DNA of 64,000 nt from contig PFNQ01000013.1 of NCBI GenBank assembly GCA_002792115.1, forward strand, positions 7,236 to 71,235, in the 5' to 3' direction. Numbering within the stretch: position 1 is the first letter of the stretch; every line of letters begins with the position of its first letter. The position numbers and the translations under genes were made by a program. This stretch comes from Candidatus Woesearchaeota archaeon CG_4_10_14_0_2_um_filter_33_13 (GTDB lineage Archaea; Nanobdellota; Nanobdellia; Woesearchaeales; GW2011-AR9). The notes under the pieces are model-generated. The model was not told the DNA's origin. It made no database searches and worked only from the letters and a program-made list of their open reading frames with translations. This document shows positions 1 through 10,358 of this stretch, piece by piece.

Positions 1-106
1 AAACAACTGTGGATCAAACAAATAGCGTAATTCAGAAACTAGTTAAAGAGGATGGGTTGTTTAAACTTACACACTCAACAAATGAGTTTGTTCTCTTCAA
101 AGTAAT

Positions 107-1195
107 ATGAAAATAGTTTTATTTGGCTTAAATGGACGAGGGGGAATGCTTCATTATACCTCTCAATATGCTAACGCTTTGTCAAAGAAAGTAGATGTTT
201 ATGTAATATTACCATCTTATTCAGATACAAGTTTATTTGATTCTTCAGTAAAGTTAATCAAGATAAATGCTCCTTTATCTGTTGTCAGAACACTGTTTTC
301 TTCTATCAATATAATTCAACATTTACAGTTAATTAGAACAATAAATGAACTCAATCCTTCAATAGTTCAATTTATGGATAATCATCCTTGGTACCTGCCT
401 TATGTTTATATGTTAAAAAGATATAAGATTTTTGTTACTCAACATGATCCTCAACTTCACTCTGGTGAAGCAAGGGGAATAAGATCATTTTTGATTAGCA
501 TAACTAACAAAGTTCTTAGAAATAAAGCAGATCGAGTAATTGTGCATGGTGAAGGATTAAAGAAAGTCTTATTAAAATATGGGGTTTCAGATAGAAAAAT
601 TTTGGTTGTTCCACACGGAGATTATTCTTTTTTCACTAAATATAGTCTCCCTAATATTAGAACAGAACCCTATACTATTTTACAATTTGGTAGGATTGTT
701 AAGTATAAAGGCGTAGATACTTTACTTAAAGCAATACCCTTGGTTAAGAAAAAGATTCCCCTGATTAAAGTTATTATCGCCGGAGAAGGAGATTTTTCCC
801 CTTATCGACAGTATTTAACAAAAGACATTAAAGAAAATGTTAAAATAATCAATCGTTATGTTCCTGATGAAGAAGTTGCTGAACTATTTCAAAAATGTTC
901 TTTTGTTGTTCTTCCTTATGATGATGCGACTCAGTCTGGGCCACTTCATGTTGCTTATTCGTTTAAGAAACCGGTAATTGTAACTGATGTTGGATGTTTG
1001 CCTGAGGTTGTTGATGATGGTAAGACTGGATTAATCATTAAGCCAAAAGACCCAGAAATTCTAGCAGAAGCTATAATCTCGATGTTTCATAAAGATTTAA
1101 AAGCCATGGGTGAGAATGGGTATATAAAAATGAAAGAATTAATGAATTGGGATAAAATCGCAGATATAATCCTTGTCAGCTTAAAACGCCTTTAA
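107..1195 (+). CDS. Glycosyltransferase, GT4 family (GT-B fold)
   Basis: C-terminal Glycos_transf_1-like region (KGVDTLLKAIPLV...IIAGEG... PVIVTDVGCLPEVVDDGKTG); start of sugar-modification island. Confidence 0.65.
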   Translation: MKIVLFGLNGRGGMLHYTSQYANALSKKVDVYVILPSYSDTSLFDSSVKLIKINAPLSVVRTLFSSINIIQHLQLIRTINELNPSIVQFMDNHPWYLPYVYMLKRYKIFVTQHDPQLHSGEARGIRSFLISITNKVLRNKADRVIVHGEGLKKVLLKYGVSDRKILVVPHGDYSFFTKYSLPNIRTEPYTILQFGRIVKYKGVDTLLKAIPLVKKKIPLIKVIIAGEGDFSPYRQYLTKDIKENVKIINRYVPDEEVAELFQKCSFVVLPYDDATQSGPLHVAYSFKKPVIVTDVGCLPEVVDDGKTGLIIKPKDPEILAEAIISMFHKDLKAMGENGYIKMKELMNWDKIADIILVSLKRL

Positions 1196-1228
1196 GCAGA
1201 TATTGTTCAGAGGAGTTGAATTACAAAA

Positions 1229-2377
1229 ATGGTGAGAAAAGTGTTTATTCAAAATGTTTCAAGTCCTTATTTTGGAACCTTAGGGATGCGTAAAAAGGAG
1301 GATTGTGTAGCTTTGTCTGCGAATATTATGGCAGAGAATGGATATCAATCTATTATTGTCGCAATTGACGTTCTTAAACTTGGTAATCTTAAACACCCAA
1401 AAGAAAAAAACACTATTCCTGAAGTAAAAATTTATAATTTTAAGAGAGTCTTAAATTATTTTATGTTTGCAAGGAAATATAACTCCGCAACTTTTTTTGG
1501 AAATGCAAGGACTATAGTGGGTTTAACAACTTGTTTTTTTGGGGAGTACAGGATTTTTATGAGTCATACTTGTAATCTCCCTACTCATTGGTTGGAAAGA
1601 AAGATATTATCTTTTTTTTTAAAGCGATTTGATGCTATCAAAGTTGAAAGTTATGCTGAAAAGAGGTTGCTTGAGAAACTCGGAATTAACTCCCACCGAA
1701 TTTTTGTAATTCCCATTCCTATCGATTTTGATTATTTTTCTCAAAAACCGAATTCAAATTTGCTTAAGGAGTTAAAGAGTAAATATTTTATAGCTAAAGA
1801 TGAAGTGATACTGATTTTCCTTGCAGCATTGAGGGAGCAAAAACGTGCTGATACCGTGTTAAAGGCAATCAAAGTCTTGAAAGACAGGGGGATCAAAGTA
1901 AAATTATTACAAGTTGGACAAGATTTACTTAAAGAAAGATTAGGCAAAAGTTTTGTTGAATTAGCAACAGAGATTGGCGTAAAAGAAAACATAATCTGCG
2001 CCGGAAGAGTTAAAGATGAAGAATTAAGGGCTTTAATACATTTATCTCAAATTGGTATTCAAAGTTCAGAGGTTGAAGGACAATGTATTGTTGCATTTGA
2101 ATTTGCTGCAGCAGGGATTCCAGAGTGTCTTTCAAATATTCCTTCCTTCGAGGTGTTTGGAGGAAATGTTTTAAGACATAATCCCAGCGATTATCAGAAA
2201 CTTGCTTTTAATATTGAGTTTTACTTAAACAACCCAAATATTGCAAAAAAACATGTTAATGAAAACAAAAGATTAGTCCAAGAAAAGTATGATTATGAAA
2301 CAGTAAAGTTAGAAATGAAAAAATTGTTGATTAATAAGAAAGAATGTCTTAAACGGAAAAAAAGGTGGTTTAAATGA
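1229..2377 (+). CDS. Glycosyltransferase, GT4-like (GT-B fold)
   Basis: Two-domain GT-B layout; C-terminal EGQCIVAFEFAAAGIP motif resembling GT4 EX7E region; TGA stop overlaps next ATG (ATGA). Confidence 0.5.
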   Translation: MVRKVFIQNVSSPYFGTLGMRKKEDCVALSANIMAENGYQSIIVAIDVLKLGNLKHPKEKNTIPEVKIYNFKRVLNYFMFARKYNSATFFGNARTIVGLTTCFFGEYRIFMSHTCNLPTHWLERKILSFFLKRFDAIKVESYAEKRLLEKLGINSHRIFVIPIPIDFDYFSQKPNSNLLKELKSKYFIAKDEVILIFLAALREQKRADTVLKAIKVLKDRGIKVKLLQVGQDLLKERLGKSFVELATEIGVKENIICAGRVKDEELRALIHLSQIGIQSSEVEGQCIVAFEFAAAGIPECLSNIPSFEVFGGNVLRHNPSDYQKLAFNIEFYLNNPNIAKKHVNENKRLVQEKYDYETVKLEMKKLLINKKECLKRKKRWFK

Positions 2378-3141
2378 AATTTTCTGCTATGGTGCATCAA
2401 TTAAGAGTGTTGACTTATATTATCATAAAAATAAAAAATTGGCCTGAGTTTTTGTATGCCCATCTTAGAAAAAGTAAAAGATTAATGGTTGTAACCTTAA
2501 GGGGGGGATTAAAAGTTTTAGTTCGGCCTTATATGTCTGATGTTACTATGCTAATGGAAACGTGGGGTATGGAAGATTATACACCACCTGGCTTTAAGAT
2601 AAGATCGACTGACATTGTTTTTGATATTGGGGGACATATTGGTTCTTTTTCAATGTATGCTGCGATCAAGGCAACAAAAGGAAAGGTATATTCTTTTGAG
2701 CCATTACCTGAAAATTATCAGATTTTCAAAAGTAACATAGAACAAAACAAATTAAGTAATATTCATCTGGAACAAAAGGCTGTTTCTGATAAGGGGGGGG
2801 TTGGACAATTGTTTCTTTGCAAGGGAACTCATTCTGGAAGCAGCAGTTTGTTTTATCGTAATACAAAGGATACTGTTTCTATTAAAAGAATAACACTGAC
2901 AGATTTTTTTGAGAAATATAAAATTAGCAAGGTTGATTTTATGAAAATAGATTGTGAGGGGGCAGAGTATGATATTTTATTTAGCTTGCCTAAGAAACAA
3001 CTATCTAAAATCAAAAGAATATCTATGGAATATCATGATACTATAAATCATCACACTCATAGAGAATTAATCCATTTTTTTAAAAATAATGGGTTTAAGA
3101 CGAGGTTGAGTGGTGAAATGATTTATGCTATTCAAAAGTAA
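2374..3141 (+). CDS. FkbM-family SAM-dependent methyltransferase
   Basis: FDIGGHIGSFSMYAA...YSFEPLPENYQIF motif typical of Methyltransf_21/FkbM; translationally coupled to upstream GT. Confidence 0.6.
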   Translation: MKFSAMVHQLRVLTYIIIKIKNWPEFLYAHLRKSKRLMVVTLRGGLKVLVRPYMSDVTMLMETWGMEDYTPPGFKIRSTDIVFDIGGHIGSFSMYAAIKATKGKVYSFEPLPENYQIFKSNIEQNKLSNIHLEQKAVSDKGGVGQLFLCKGTHSGSSSLFYRNTKDTVSIKRITLTDFFEKYKISKVDFMKIDCEGAEYDILFSLPKKQLSKIKRISMEYHDTINHHTHRELIHFFKNNGFKTRLSGEMIYAIQK

Positions 3142-3246
3142 TAACCATCTAAATTAAAAGATTACACCCTTTCATTATTCCATAAACTGGTTAAATGTTT
3201 TTTTTAGAAAGATTATTCCACATTCTATGAATAAACAATCCTTTAA

Positions 3247-3855
3247 TTACAGTTGTTCTTTTTGTGGTTTATCCTCTTCAGTCATAACAGCAATAATTGC
3301 GTTTTTCACACAATGTGTGATAGCTAAGTGCAAATCCTCACAAATTTCCATGTTATTTATGTTTACATGAACCGATTTTGAAGCAATCTCTTTTATTTTC
3401 CCTCCTGAAAAACCACACAATGCGATAGTCAAAGCACCAACTTTATTGGCGTATATTAACGGTTTTACAATATTTGGAGAATTTCCACTACCAGAAATAC
3501 CAATGACCAAGTCATTTGGTTTTAAAAATACTTTCAAACTTTCAAGAAATATATCCTCGTAAGACAAGTCGTTTGCGATTGCCATCATCGCTGGAGAATT
3601 ATCATTAAGACAAATAGACTTGAATTTTCTATGCAATTGGCAAGACAATCCTTTTAAGATATCTCCACAAAAATGGGACGCATTCGCACCACTTCCTCCA
3701 TTACCAAAAATGTATATTGTGCCATCATTCTTATAAGTATTAATAATATCTTGCGCAAAAGAAACAATCTCTCCCTGATTTATTTTTCCTATCGCTTCTT
3801 GTAATTGAGTTAAATAGTTCTGTGTTTCTTCTTTAATTTTGTTCATGTTCATCAC
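3247..3855 (-). CDS. gmhA: D-sedoheptulose-7-phosphate isomerase (SIS domain, GmhA)
   Basis: FGNGGSGANASHFCGDI, NDxxYEDIF, IGISGSGNSPNIV and E..H....H motifs match GmhA. Confidence 0.75.
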   Translation of the reverse strand: MMNMNKIKEETQNYLTQLQEAIGKINQGEIVSFAQDIINTYKNDGTIYIFGNGGSGANASHFCGDILKGLSCQLHRKFKSICLNDNSPAMMAIANDLSYEDIFLESLKVFLKPNDLVIGISGSGNSPNIVKPLIYANKVGALTIALCGFSGGKIKEIASKSVHVNINNMEICEDLHLAITHCVKNAIIAVMTEEDKPQKEQL

Positions 3856-4828
3856 CCATGTAAATTATTCTAGATCCTTCATAATCAAATTTAAATTTCA
3901 TCTCCTTTAATTGGTGTAATGCCAATCTCAATTTTTCTCTATTTTCTTTTTCACAATAAAATAAAAGAAAACCCCCTCCCCCTGCACCTAAAAGTTTTCC
4001 TCCTACTGCTCCATTTTGTATCCCTTTTTCATACATTTCATTAATGAAAGGGGTTGTAATTTTTGATGCAAGCTTTTGTTTAAGTTGCCAATTTCGATGT
4101 AATATTTTTCCAAATTCTGTTAAATTGTTGTTACACAAAGCATCTTTTGCATCCCAAACCAACTCTACCATCTTTTTAAGAATCTCAACTTTTTCATCTT
4201 CTTTCATATTTTCATTCTGCTCTGACAAGATAGATGACGCTTCTCTTTGGTTTCCTAAATAAAACAAAATGAGATTATTTTGTAATCTCGTGTTGGTTTC
4301 TTCTGCAAGATTAATAGGTTCTACCTCTACTTTACCATTTGGATAGAATTTAATTATATTAAGTCCTCCAAATGAAGCAGCATATTGGTCTTGTTTGCCT
4401 ATTGGTTCTTTAAGAGTATCTATTTCTATCTCACATGCTTCTGATGCAAGTTGCTCTTTTGTAACATTTCTTCCAGAAAAAGTATGAAGATTATGTAACA
4501 TCCCAACAGTAAAAGACGATGATGAGCCCATTCCTGTACCAGAAGGGATATCAGCACCAGAACTGATTTCAATTGCTCCGTTCATATTAAATTTCTTTAA
4601 CACTTCTCTTGCTATTGGGTGCTGGATTTGATTTACAGAATCAACTGTTTCAGTTTTGGAGTATTTAATCCTAATTTTATTCTCATCAAAAAAACGATGA
4701 GAAGTGATATACATATATTTGTCAATACTTGTGCTGAGCACTGCACCTGGAGAATTCTGATAAAAACGTTTTAAATCTGAGCCCCCACCAACAAAACTAA
4801 TTCTGAACGGTGTTTTTGTGATTATCAT
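3833..4828 (-). CDS. GHMP-family sugar kinase, probable D-glycero-D-manno-heptose-7-phosphate kinase (HddA-like)
   Basis: GHMP ATP-binding motif ADIPSGTGMGSSSSF; located between gmhA and the hddC-gmhB fusion. Confidence 0.65.
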   Translation of the reverse strand: MIITKTPFRISFVGGGSDLKRFYQNSPGAVLSTSIDKYMYITSHRFFDENKIRIKYSKTETVDSVNQIQHPIAREVLKKFNMNGAIEISSGADIPSGTGMGSSSSFTVGMLHNLHTFSGRNVTKEQLASEACEIEIDTLKEPIGKQDQYAASFGGLNIIKFYPNGKVEVEPINLAEETNTRLQNNLILFYLGNQREASSILSEQNENMKEDEKVEILKKMVELVWDAKDALCNNNLTEFGKILHRNWQLKQKLASKITTPFINEMYEKGIQNGAVGGKLLGAGGGGFLLFYCEKENREKLRLALHQLKEMKFKFDYEGSRIIYMGDEHEQN

Positions 4829-4921
4829 GTTTATTTATTACCAAGATACTTCGTTAAATCACGCCAACATCCTTTATAAATTTTGTTAAGTGAAGTTCTC
4901 CTAAAGTAATCCAAAAGATAA

Positions 4922-6211
4922 TTAACTATTAGATATTTGGATTATAAAATTAACTGCCGCGTTTAAGTCTGGGAACAAATAATCTGGTTTTCCATTAATG
5001 CATCCCTCTCCAGTCTTAACACCAACTGTTTTAATCCCTGCGTTTTTCCCACAACTTATATCTCTAAGAGAGTCTCCTACAAAAAATGATTTTTTGAAAT
5101 CAATGTTAAAATATTCTTTTGCTTTAAGCAAAAGTCCAATATCTGGTTTTCGGCAGTTACATCTTACTTTATAAGTTATATTCTCTCCTTGATAACCTTT
5201 GTCTGGGTGGTGAGGGCAGTAATATATTGCATCGAACTTTGCTCCATTTTGTCCAAGCATGCTTTCCATCTTTTTGTGGATTTCTTCTAGTTCCTTAATT
5301 GAGCAAAGTCCTCTTGCAACAACCGGTTGGTTTGTAATTAAGATTGCAAGTAATTCAGTGTGGTTAATTTTTCTAATGGCTTCAGATACTCCAGGAATCA
5401 ACTCAAATTCATTTATATCATAAATGTGATCTTTTTTAACATTAATAGTTCCATCTCTATCTATAAATATCGCCCCTCTTTTATTTTGAGCATTTAACCT
5501 TTTTATCTTTCCATTTTCCAAATCTTTTTTAACTTCATCAAATCTTTCTTTTGTACCCATATCTTTTAAATATTCAGCAGTATTATACCCATACACCAGT
5601 AAACTTTGTGGTAGGCGGGGGAAAATATCTTTACCAAAATCTTCTTTTTTTCCTTTTTTAATATGTTTAAATATCTCTGTAGAAAATATATATATTCCGG
5701 CGTTAACTAGATTGTTATAATATGTTTTATTTTGATGTGGTTTAGGATGAAATGCAATAATTCTTCCTTCTTCATTAACTTCTAAAAGGTCACTATCATG
5801 GGGGTGGTCGTTTGGGTGAATAACTAGTGTGCATTTACTTGATTTCTGGTTATGAAACTGTATCAACTTATTTATGTTTATATCAAACATAATATCTCCA
5901 TATAATACTAAGAAGTCTTCAACTAATTTATTTTCAATTTCTTTCAATCCACCAGTTGTTCCAAGGGGAATTGTTTCTGTATAATATTCAATATTAACTC
6001 CAAATTCTTTTCCATCTTTGAAGTATTCTTCAATTACATTAGATAAATGCCCAGTAATTAGGATAATCTCCGAGATTCCATACCTTTTAAGGATGTTTAT
6101 TTGGTGTTCTAATATTGGTTTACTCCCTATTTGTATCATTGGTTTTGGAATTTCTTTTGATATATCTCCCATTCGAGTACCTTTCCCACCTGCAATTATT
6201 ACTGCTTTCAT
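4922..6211 (-). CDS. Bifunctional heptose-1-phosphate nucleotidyltransferase (HddC-like) / D,D-heptose-1,7-bisphosphate phosphatase (GmhB)
   Basis: N-term NTP_transferase (MKAVIIAGGKGTRMG...PKPMIQIG); C-term HAD GmhB signature FIDRDGTIN, YYCPHHP, CNCRKP, FVGDSLRD aligns closely with E. coli GmhB. Confidence 0.8.
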   Translation of the reverse strand: MKAVIIAGGKGTRMGDISKEIPKPMIQIGSKPILEHQINILKRYGISEIILITGHLSNVIEEYFKDGKEFGVNIEYYTETIPLGTTGGLKEIENKLVEDFLVLYGDIMFDININKLIQFHNQKSSKCTLVIHPNDHPHDSDLLEVNEEGRIIAFHPKPHQNKTYYNNLVNAGIYIFSTEIFKHIKKGKKEDFGKDIFPRLPQSLLVYGYNTAEYLKDMGTKERFDEVKKDLENGKIKRLNAQNKRGAIFIDRDGTINVKKDHIYDINEFELIPGVSEAIRKINHTELLAILITNQPVVARGLCSIKELEEIHKKMESMLGQNGAKFDAIYYCPHHPDKGYQGENITYKVRCNCRKPDIGLLLKAKEYFNIDFKKSFFVGDSLRDISCGKNAGIKTVGVKTGEGCINGKPDYLFPDLNAAVNFIIQISNS

Positions 6212-6244
6212 CTTCTCATAGTAAGAATTCTATTAAATACAATT

Positions 6245-7210
6245 TTATTTTTTCACAACCCATTGGTTTTCTTTGATCCATTTGATTGTTTTTTCTACAC
6301 ATTCCATTATGGAATATTTTGGAGCCCACCCCAAAGATTTTATTTTTAAAGTATCAAGATGAACAAAGGGGCTGTCTCCAATCCATCCTCTACTCCCACC
6401 AGTATATTGAAAAGAGACGTCTTTGAGAGATAGTACATCACAAATTTTTTTTGCAATTGTCTTTATTTCTACAAAATCATCATTCCCCAGGTTGTAAATG
6501 TTTATTTTTTCGTTTGATTTTTCAATGGATAAAAACATTGCATCTATTGCGTCAGTTACATACAAAAATGATTTCCTTTGTTTTCCATCTCCAAGAATTT
6601 CTAACTGGCGGGGGTTTTGTAATAGTTTTTTATAAAAATCAAATGCACACCCATGGCTGTACCTTTCTCCCATAAGCGAAACAAATCTGTATATATACAC
6701 ATTAAATCCATATCCATTAGCATAGGCTTCTAAGAGGCCCTCGCATGCAAATTTTGAAGCTCCATAAATAGATGTTTGAATTGGAGATGAAACATTTTCT
6801 GGTGTTGGAAACACGCTTGGTTCTCCATAGATGGCTCCTGATGAAGCAAAAGCAATGTTCTTCACTCCCCATCGTCTCATTGCTTCCAGAACATTGTTTG
6901 TTGCAATGGTATTTTGATTTAAACATTTTATTGGGTCTTTTAGATTATCTTTTATGTCCGCATTTGCCGCCATATGAAATACAAAATCAATGTTTTCCAT
7001 TGCTTTGTGTAATGCTTCTTTATCTAGAATATCTCCTTGAATGAGTTCTACTTTTTCTTTTAAATGATTCACAAATTCTTTTTTCCCAGTAGTAAGGTTA
7101 TCATAAATAATGACATTATTGTTTAGAGAAATTAAGCGTTCAACAATATGACTACCAATGAAACCAGCCCCACCTGTAACTAATACTCTTTTATTATTCA
7201 ACAAGATCAT
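6245..7210 (-). CDS. NAD-dependent sugar epimerase/dehydratase (extended SDR)
   Basis: Rossmann VLVTGGAGFIGSH and catalytic YGASK motif. Confidence 0.85.
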   Translation of the reverse strand: MILLNNKRVLVTGGAGFIGSHIVERLISLNNNVIIYDNLTTGKKEFVNHLKEKVELIQGDILDKEALHKAMENIDFVFHMAANADIKDNLKDPIKCLNQNTIATNNVLEAMRRWGVKNIAFASSGAIYGEPSVFPTPENVSSPIQTSIYGASKFACEGLLEAYANGYGFNVYIYRFVSLMGERYSHGCAFDFYKKLLQNPRQLEILGDGKQRKSFLYVTDAIDAMFLSIEKSNEKINIYNLGNDDFVEIKTIAKKICDVLSLKDVSFQYTGGSRGWIGDSPFVHLDTLKIKSLGWAPKYSIMECVEKTIKWIKENQWVVKK

Positions 7211-7398
7211 TTGCTACACTCCTCCCATTTTGCAAAAAACGTATTATGATTATGTTCTAATTATTAGTTATAAATTTTATGTAGTTAAAGATCAGACTAT
7301 CAACTCAGGGATATTAAATTGCCAGGGATTAAAGATAATTTCTGAGTAATGAACCAATAAGTGCCTAATAGTTCTCTGTATTTTTATTAATATTATTC

Positions 7399-8031
7399 TT
7401 AAATTTTCTCTAACTTCAAGATAGTTATTTCTCCCAATAGCCTACATCTTTTAATTGGCAAGTTAATATTAAGAATGGGTATGTGGGTTCTATTGTATAT
7501 TATGTTTATAATTTTAAACTTATCTTTAATCAACATCTTAATGGTGGCAGGGAATATTGGAGTGATATGGCCAGCACCAAGGTCTAAATAATCTTCTTTA
7601 TCAAAAAAATTTGCAAATTTCAGACTGAACAAGTACAATAATCGAGAGTACCAATTGGTAACATTTGGGGTTGTTAGTACAAGTTTTCCTCTTGGCTTTA
7701 AAACTCGATGAACTTCTCTAATGAACTGGTATGGGTTTTCTATGTGTTCAATTATTTCTATTGCAGTGACTAAATCAAAACTATTGTTCTCATATGGTAG
7801 AATGCCTTCATTTAGGTAAACTGAACAACAAGGTACATCTTTCAATTTAAATTTTTTACTAAATAATTCGCATGCTTTCCTTTCAAAATGCTCTTTATTT
7901 AAACTTGATAGAAATGCGCCAGATCCTGCAGCTATATCCAATATCTTCCCTCGCTCACCCTTTAATAATTCCCTAGCCGTTTCATGAACCCCTGGTGCTG
8001 CTCGAACCGGCAATTTAATTCTTTTTTCCAT
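7399..8031 (-). CDS. Class I SAM-dependent methyltransferase
   Basis: GKILDIAAGSGAF motif I; VLKPRGKLVLTTPN post-II region. Confidence 0.65.
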   Translation of the reverse strand: MEKRIKLPVRAAPGVHETARELLKGERGKILDIAAGSGAFLSSLNKEHFERKACELFSKKFKLKDVPCCSVYLNEGILPYENNSFDLVTAIEIIEHIENPYQFIREVHRVLKPRGKLVLTTPNVTNWYSRLLYLFSLKFANFFDKEDYLDLGAGHITPIFPATIKMLIKDKFKIINIIYNRTHIPILNINLPIKRCRLLGEITILKLEKI

Positions 8032-9061
8032 GTGTAATCCCCTTTTTTATTTGAGCATTCTTAATATTCAGTAGATGTTGTAAACAAACATTGTGTTCAC
8101 TATGTGTAGTGTGAACATATTGAGTACACTTTTTAATAAAACTTTCCCTAAATTTAACATTTTTAATTAACTTTAATGCCAGATTTGGAAGTTGAGAATT
8201 TTTTTTCTTAATTATTTCCCATTGGTCATTACAAACAACTGCAGTTCCACATGCCATCGCTTCTAATTCAACTAAACTTAAGACACCTTGCCAGAAGGAA
8301 CCTAGCACTAAGTCCGCAGAACGATACAACTTTGGAAGATCATTGCGTGGAAAGAAATTATGCCAGATGATATCGTCTTTATATGTTTCAAAGAAAGATT
8401 TATAACGGCCATATTGGCTAAACCTTTTTGGGTATTTAACCAAATGTAATTTAGCAGAAGGGCACTTTTCTTTTATTTTTGAAAATATCTTGAACCCGAA
8501 CTCTGGACTTTTGACTTTGTGCAAACGAGTTGGGAATAAGATAATTGGATTACCTTCTAATTGTATCTTTTCACCAGTTGGATTAAATATGTCCGTATTA
8601 ATTGGGTTTGGCAACCATTGCGCATCTTTTCTAATATATTTTAATGTTGGAAGAATACTAGGGATTGCAGCATAAACAATATCGTACTTTTTAACTGAAG
8701 AAATAATTTTATTCTCAACTATTCTATTTAATATTGTTCCAAAAAGATGACTAAAAAATTGACTATGTTTTAAAGAGTTCTTAGAATTAAGTCCAATTGA
8801 GAAACCATGCCAATGTGCAATCCCAACTTGCCTCTGGTTTGGTACCATATTAGTCATGTTTGACCACACATTACAATGTAAAATATCAAATCGAGACAAT
8901 TCGTCTTTTCTCATCTTTTTAAGATGAAGGTAATGGGTTATAAAGTCATAACGCCCACTCTTTGGTTGATAATAATAAAAATCCCATTCTTTCATATGTT
9001 TTTTAAAAGTGTCTAACAAAAAACCCGGACCAAATCCGTTCATAAAATATTTTCCCTTCAT
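8015..9061 (-). CDS. Glycosyltransferase, GT-B (GT4-like)
   Basis: C-terminal GSFWQGVLSLVELEAMACGTAVV resembling GT4 donor-binding EX7E/LEAMA.G.PV motif. Confidence 0.45.
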   Translation of the reverse strand: MKGKYFMNGFGPGFLLDTFKKHMKEWDFYYYQPKSGRYDFITHYLHLKKMRKDELSRFDILHCNVWSNMTNMVPNQRQVGIAHWHGFSIGLNSKNSLKHSQFFSHLFGTILNRIVENKIISSVKKYDIVYAAIPSILPTLKYIRKDAQWLPNPINTDIFNPTGEKIQLEGNPIILFPTRLHKVKSPEFGFKIFSKIKEKCPSAKLHLVKYPKRFSQYGRYKSFFETYKDDIIWHNFFPRNDLPKLYRSADLVLGSFWQGVLSLVELEAMACGTAVVCNDQWEIIKKKNSQLPNLALKLIKNVKFRESFIKKCTQYVHTTHSEHNVCLQHLLNIKNAQIKKGITHGKKN

Positions 9062-9197
9062 TTTTTAACTAATCTTGTAAACAGTTTATTTATTTTTCCA
9101 TATTCATTCTTCCTTTTAGGTATTCTTACTTATGAACTAGTAGTTTATACTCTAAACCACAGATAACCTTTTAAATCAGGAATAGTGGAGGAATTAA

Positions 9198-10358
9198 ATG
9201 ATTAGCATAGCTAAATATTTATCCGGGAAAGGTATAGACGTATCTAAGAAAAGCAGTCTTTCGGATGTTAAACATGTTTTCATCGTTCCCGATAATACCT
9301 ACAGAATAGTTGAAACAGAGTTAGATTTCATTTATAATGATGGTGTGATCAACCTTACTAAGTATTATCGCATATTATTAAAAGAATGGTTTTATGCGCT
9401 TAAAAAGGATGGAAAAATAATAATCAAGTTCATTGAATCAGATTGGTTTTCATCTGATTTTCTCAAAGAAGAAGTAGAACTCTTGTTTGGCGATAGCGTA
9501 TCGGTTATTTTTGAGAGAAAAGAGAATAAGAAAGATGGCGGGAGTTGTTTTTTGGTTCTTAATAAAAATATCTCTGGGCCGTATTATCCAGAAGGAATAA
9601 ATAATTGGTCTTTTGGAATAATTACCAATGGAAAGAAAATGGATGCCTTAGCTAAGATAATTGCATCTATTAGACACCAGAATATTCCTAATTATGAGAT
9701 TATTATTTGTGGAACTTATGGTGGTTTAATAGAAGAAGACACGAAATACATTCACTTTACAGAAAATGACCATCGGGGATGGATAACTAAAAAAAAAAAT
9801 TTGATTTGTGATAAAGCCAAATTTGAAAATTTGTTTGTTCTGCACGATAGGATTGTTCTTAATCCGGGATGGTTTGCAGGAATGAAAAAATACGGAAATA
9901 ACTTTGAAGTACTCTCTTGCAAAATAGATCATAAAACAATTAGGACTTATGATTGGATTACTTCTCGATACCCTTATAAAGATCCAAGAAGCCGACAATA
10001 TTTTGGTGGTTATTTAGAATATTCCGATTGGGACCAGTGGATTTACATTGATGGTGGGGCGATTATCCTAAAAAAAATAGTCTGGGAAAAAGTTAAATGG
10101 GATGAAAACCTATTTTGGAATGAAGCAGAAGATCTTAAGCTTAGTCATGATCAAACAGAGCACGGAATTTTAATTAGGTTCAATCCTTATTCAACGTGTG
10201 AATCATTAACCTGGAGACATCCATCAAGTAAACTTATTTTTAAAAAGAACAAAAAGAAACTTGGAAAACTAAGTGGTCCTTTTCATTATTTAATTGGAAA
10301 AAAGCTGCTTAATTATTCTGTCCTCGTGAAAAACAAGTTTAAAAATGAAAAATTATAA
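9198..10358 (+). CDS. Hypothetical two-domain protein (methyltransferase-like N-term, GT-A-like C-term?)
   Basis: ORF with weak similarity patterns only; embedded in glycosylation island. Confidence 0.3.
   Translation: MISIAKYLSGKGIDVSKKSSLSDVKHVFIVPDNTYRIVETELDFIYNDGVINLTKYYRILLKEWFYALKKDGKIIIKFIESDWFSSDFLKEEVELLFGDSVSVIFERKENKKDGGSCFLVLNKNISGPYYPEGINNWSFGIITNGKKMDALAKIIASIRHQNIPNYEIIICGTYGGLIEEDTKYIHFTENDHRGWITKKKNLICDKAKFENLFVLHDRIVLNPGWFAGMKKYGNNFEVLSCKIDHKTIRTYDWITSRYPYKDPRSRQYFGGYLEYSDWDQWIYIDGGAIILKKIVWEKVKWDENLFWNEAEDLKLSHDQTEHGILIRFNPYSTCESLTWRHPSSKLIFKKNKKKLGKLSGPFHYLIGKKLLNYSVLVKNKFKNEKL

Noticed and set aside
1741-1992. 83-aa minus-strand ORF
   Set aside because: Lies entirely antisense within the GT4-like gene 1229-2377; low-complexity translation. 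This is a typical shadow ORF in AT-rich DNA.
4044-4262. 72-aa plus-strand ORF
   Set aside because: Antisense inside the GHMP kinase gene. Similar shadow ORFs at 6018-6221, 6451-6675, 6717-6926, 6772-7044, 8490-8675, 9726-9998, 11146-11388, 11561-11779, 12009-12400 and elsewhere are rejected for the same reason.
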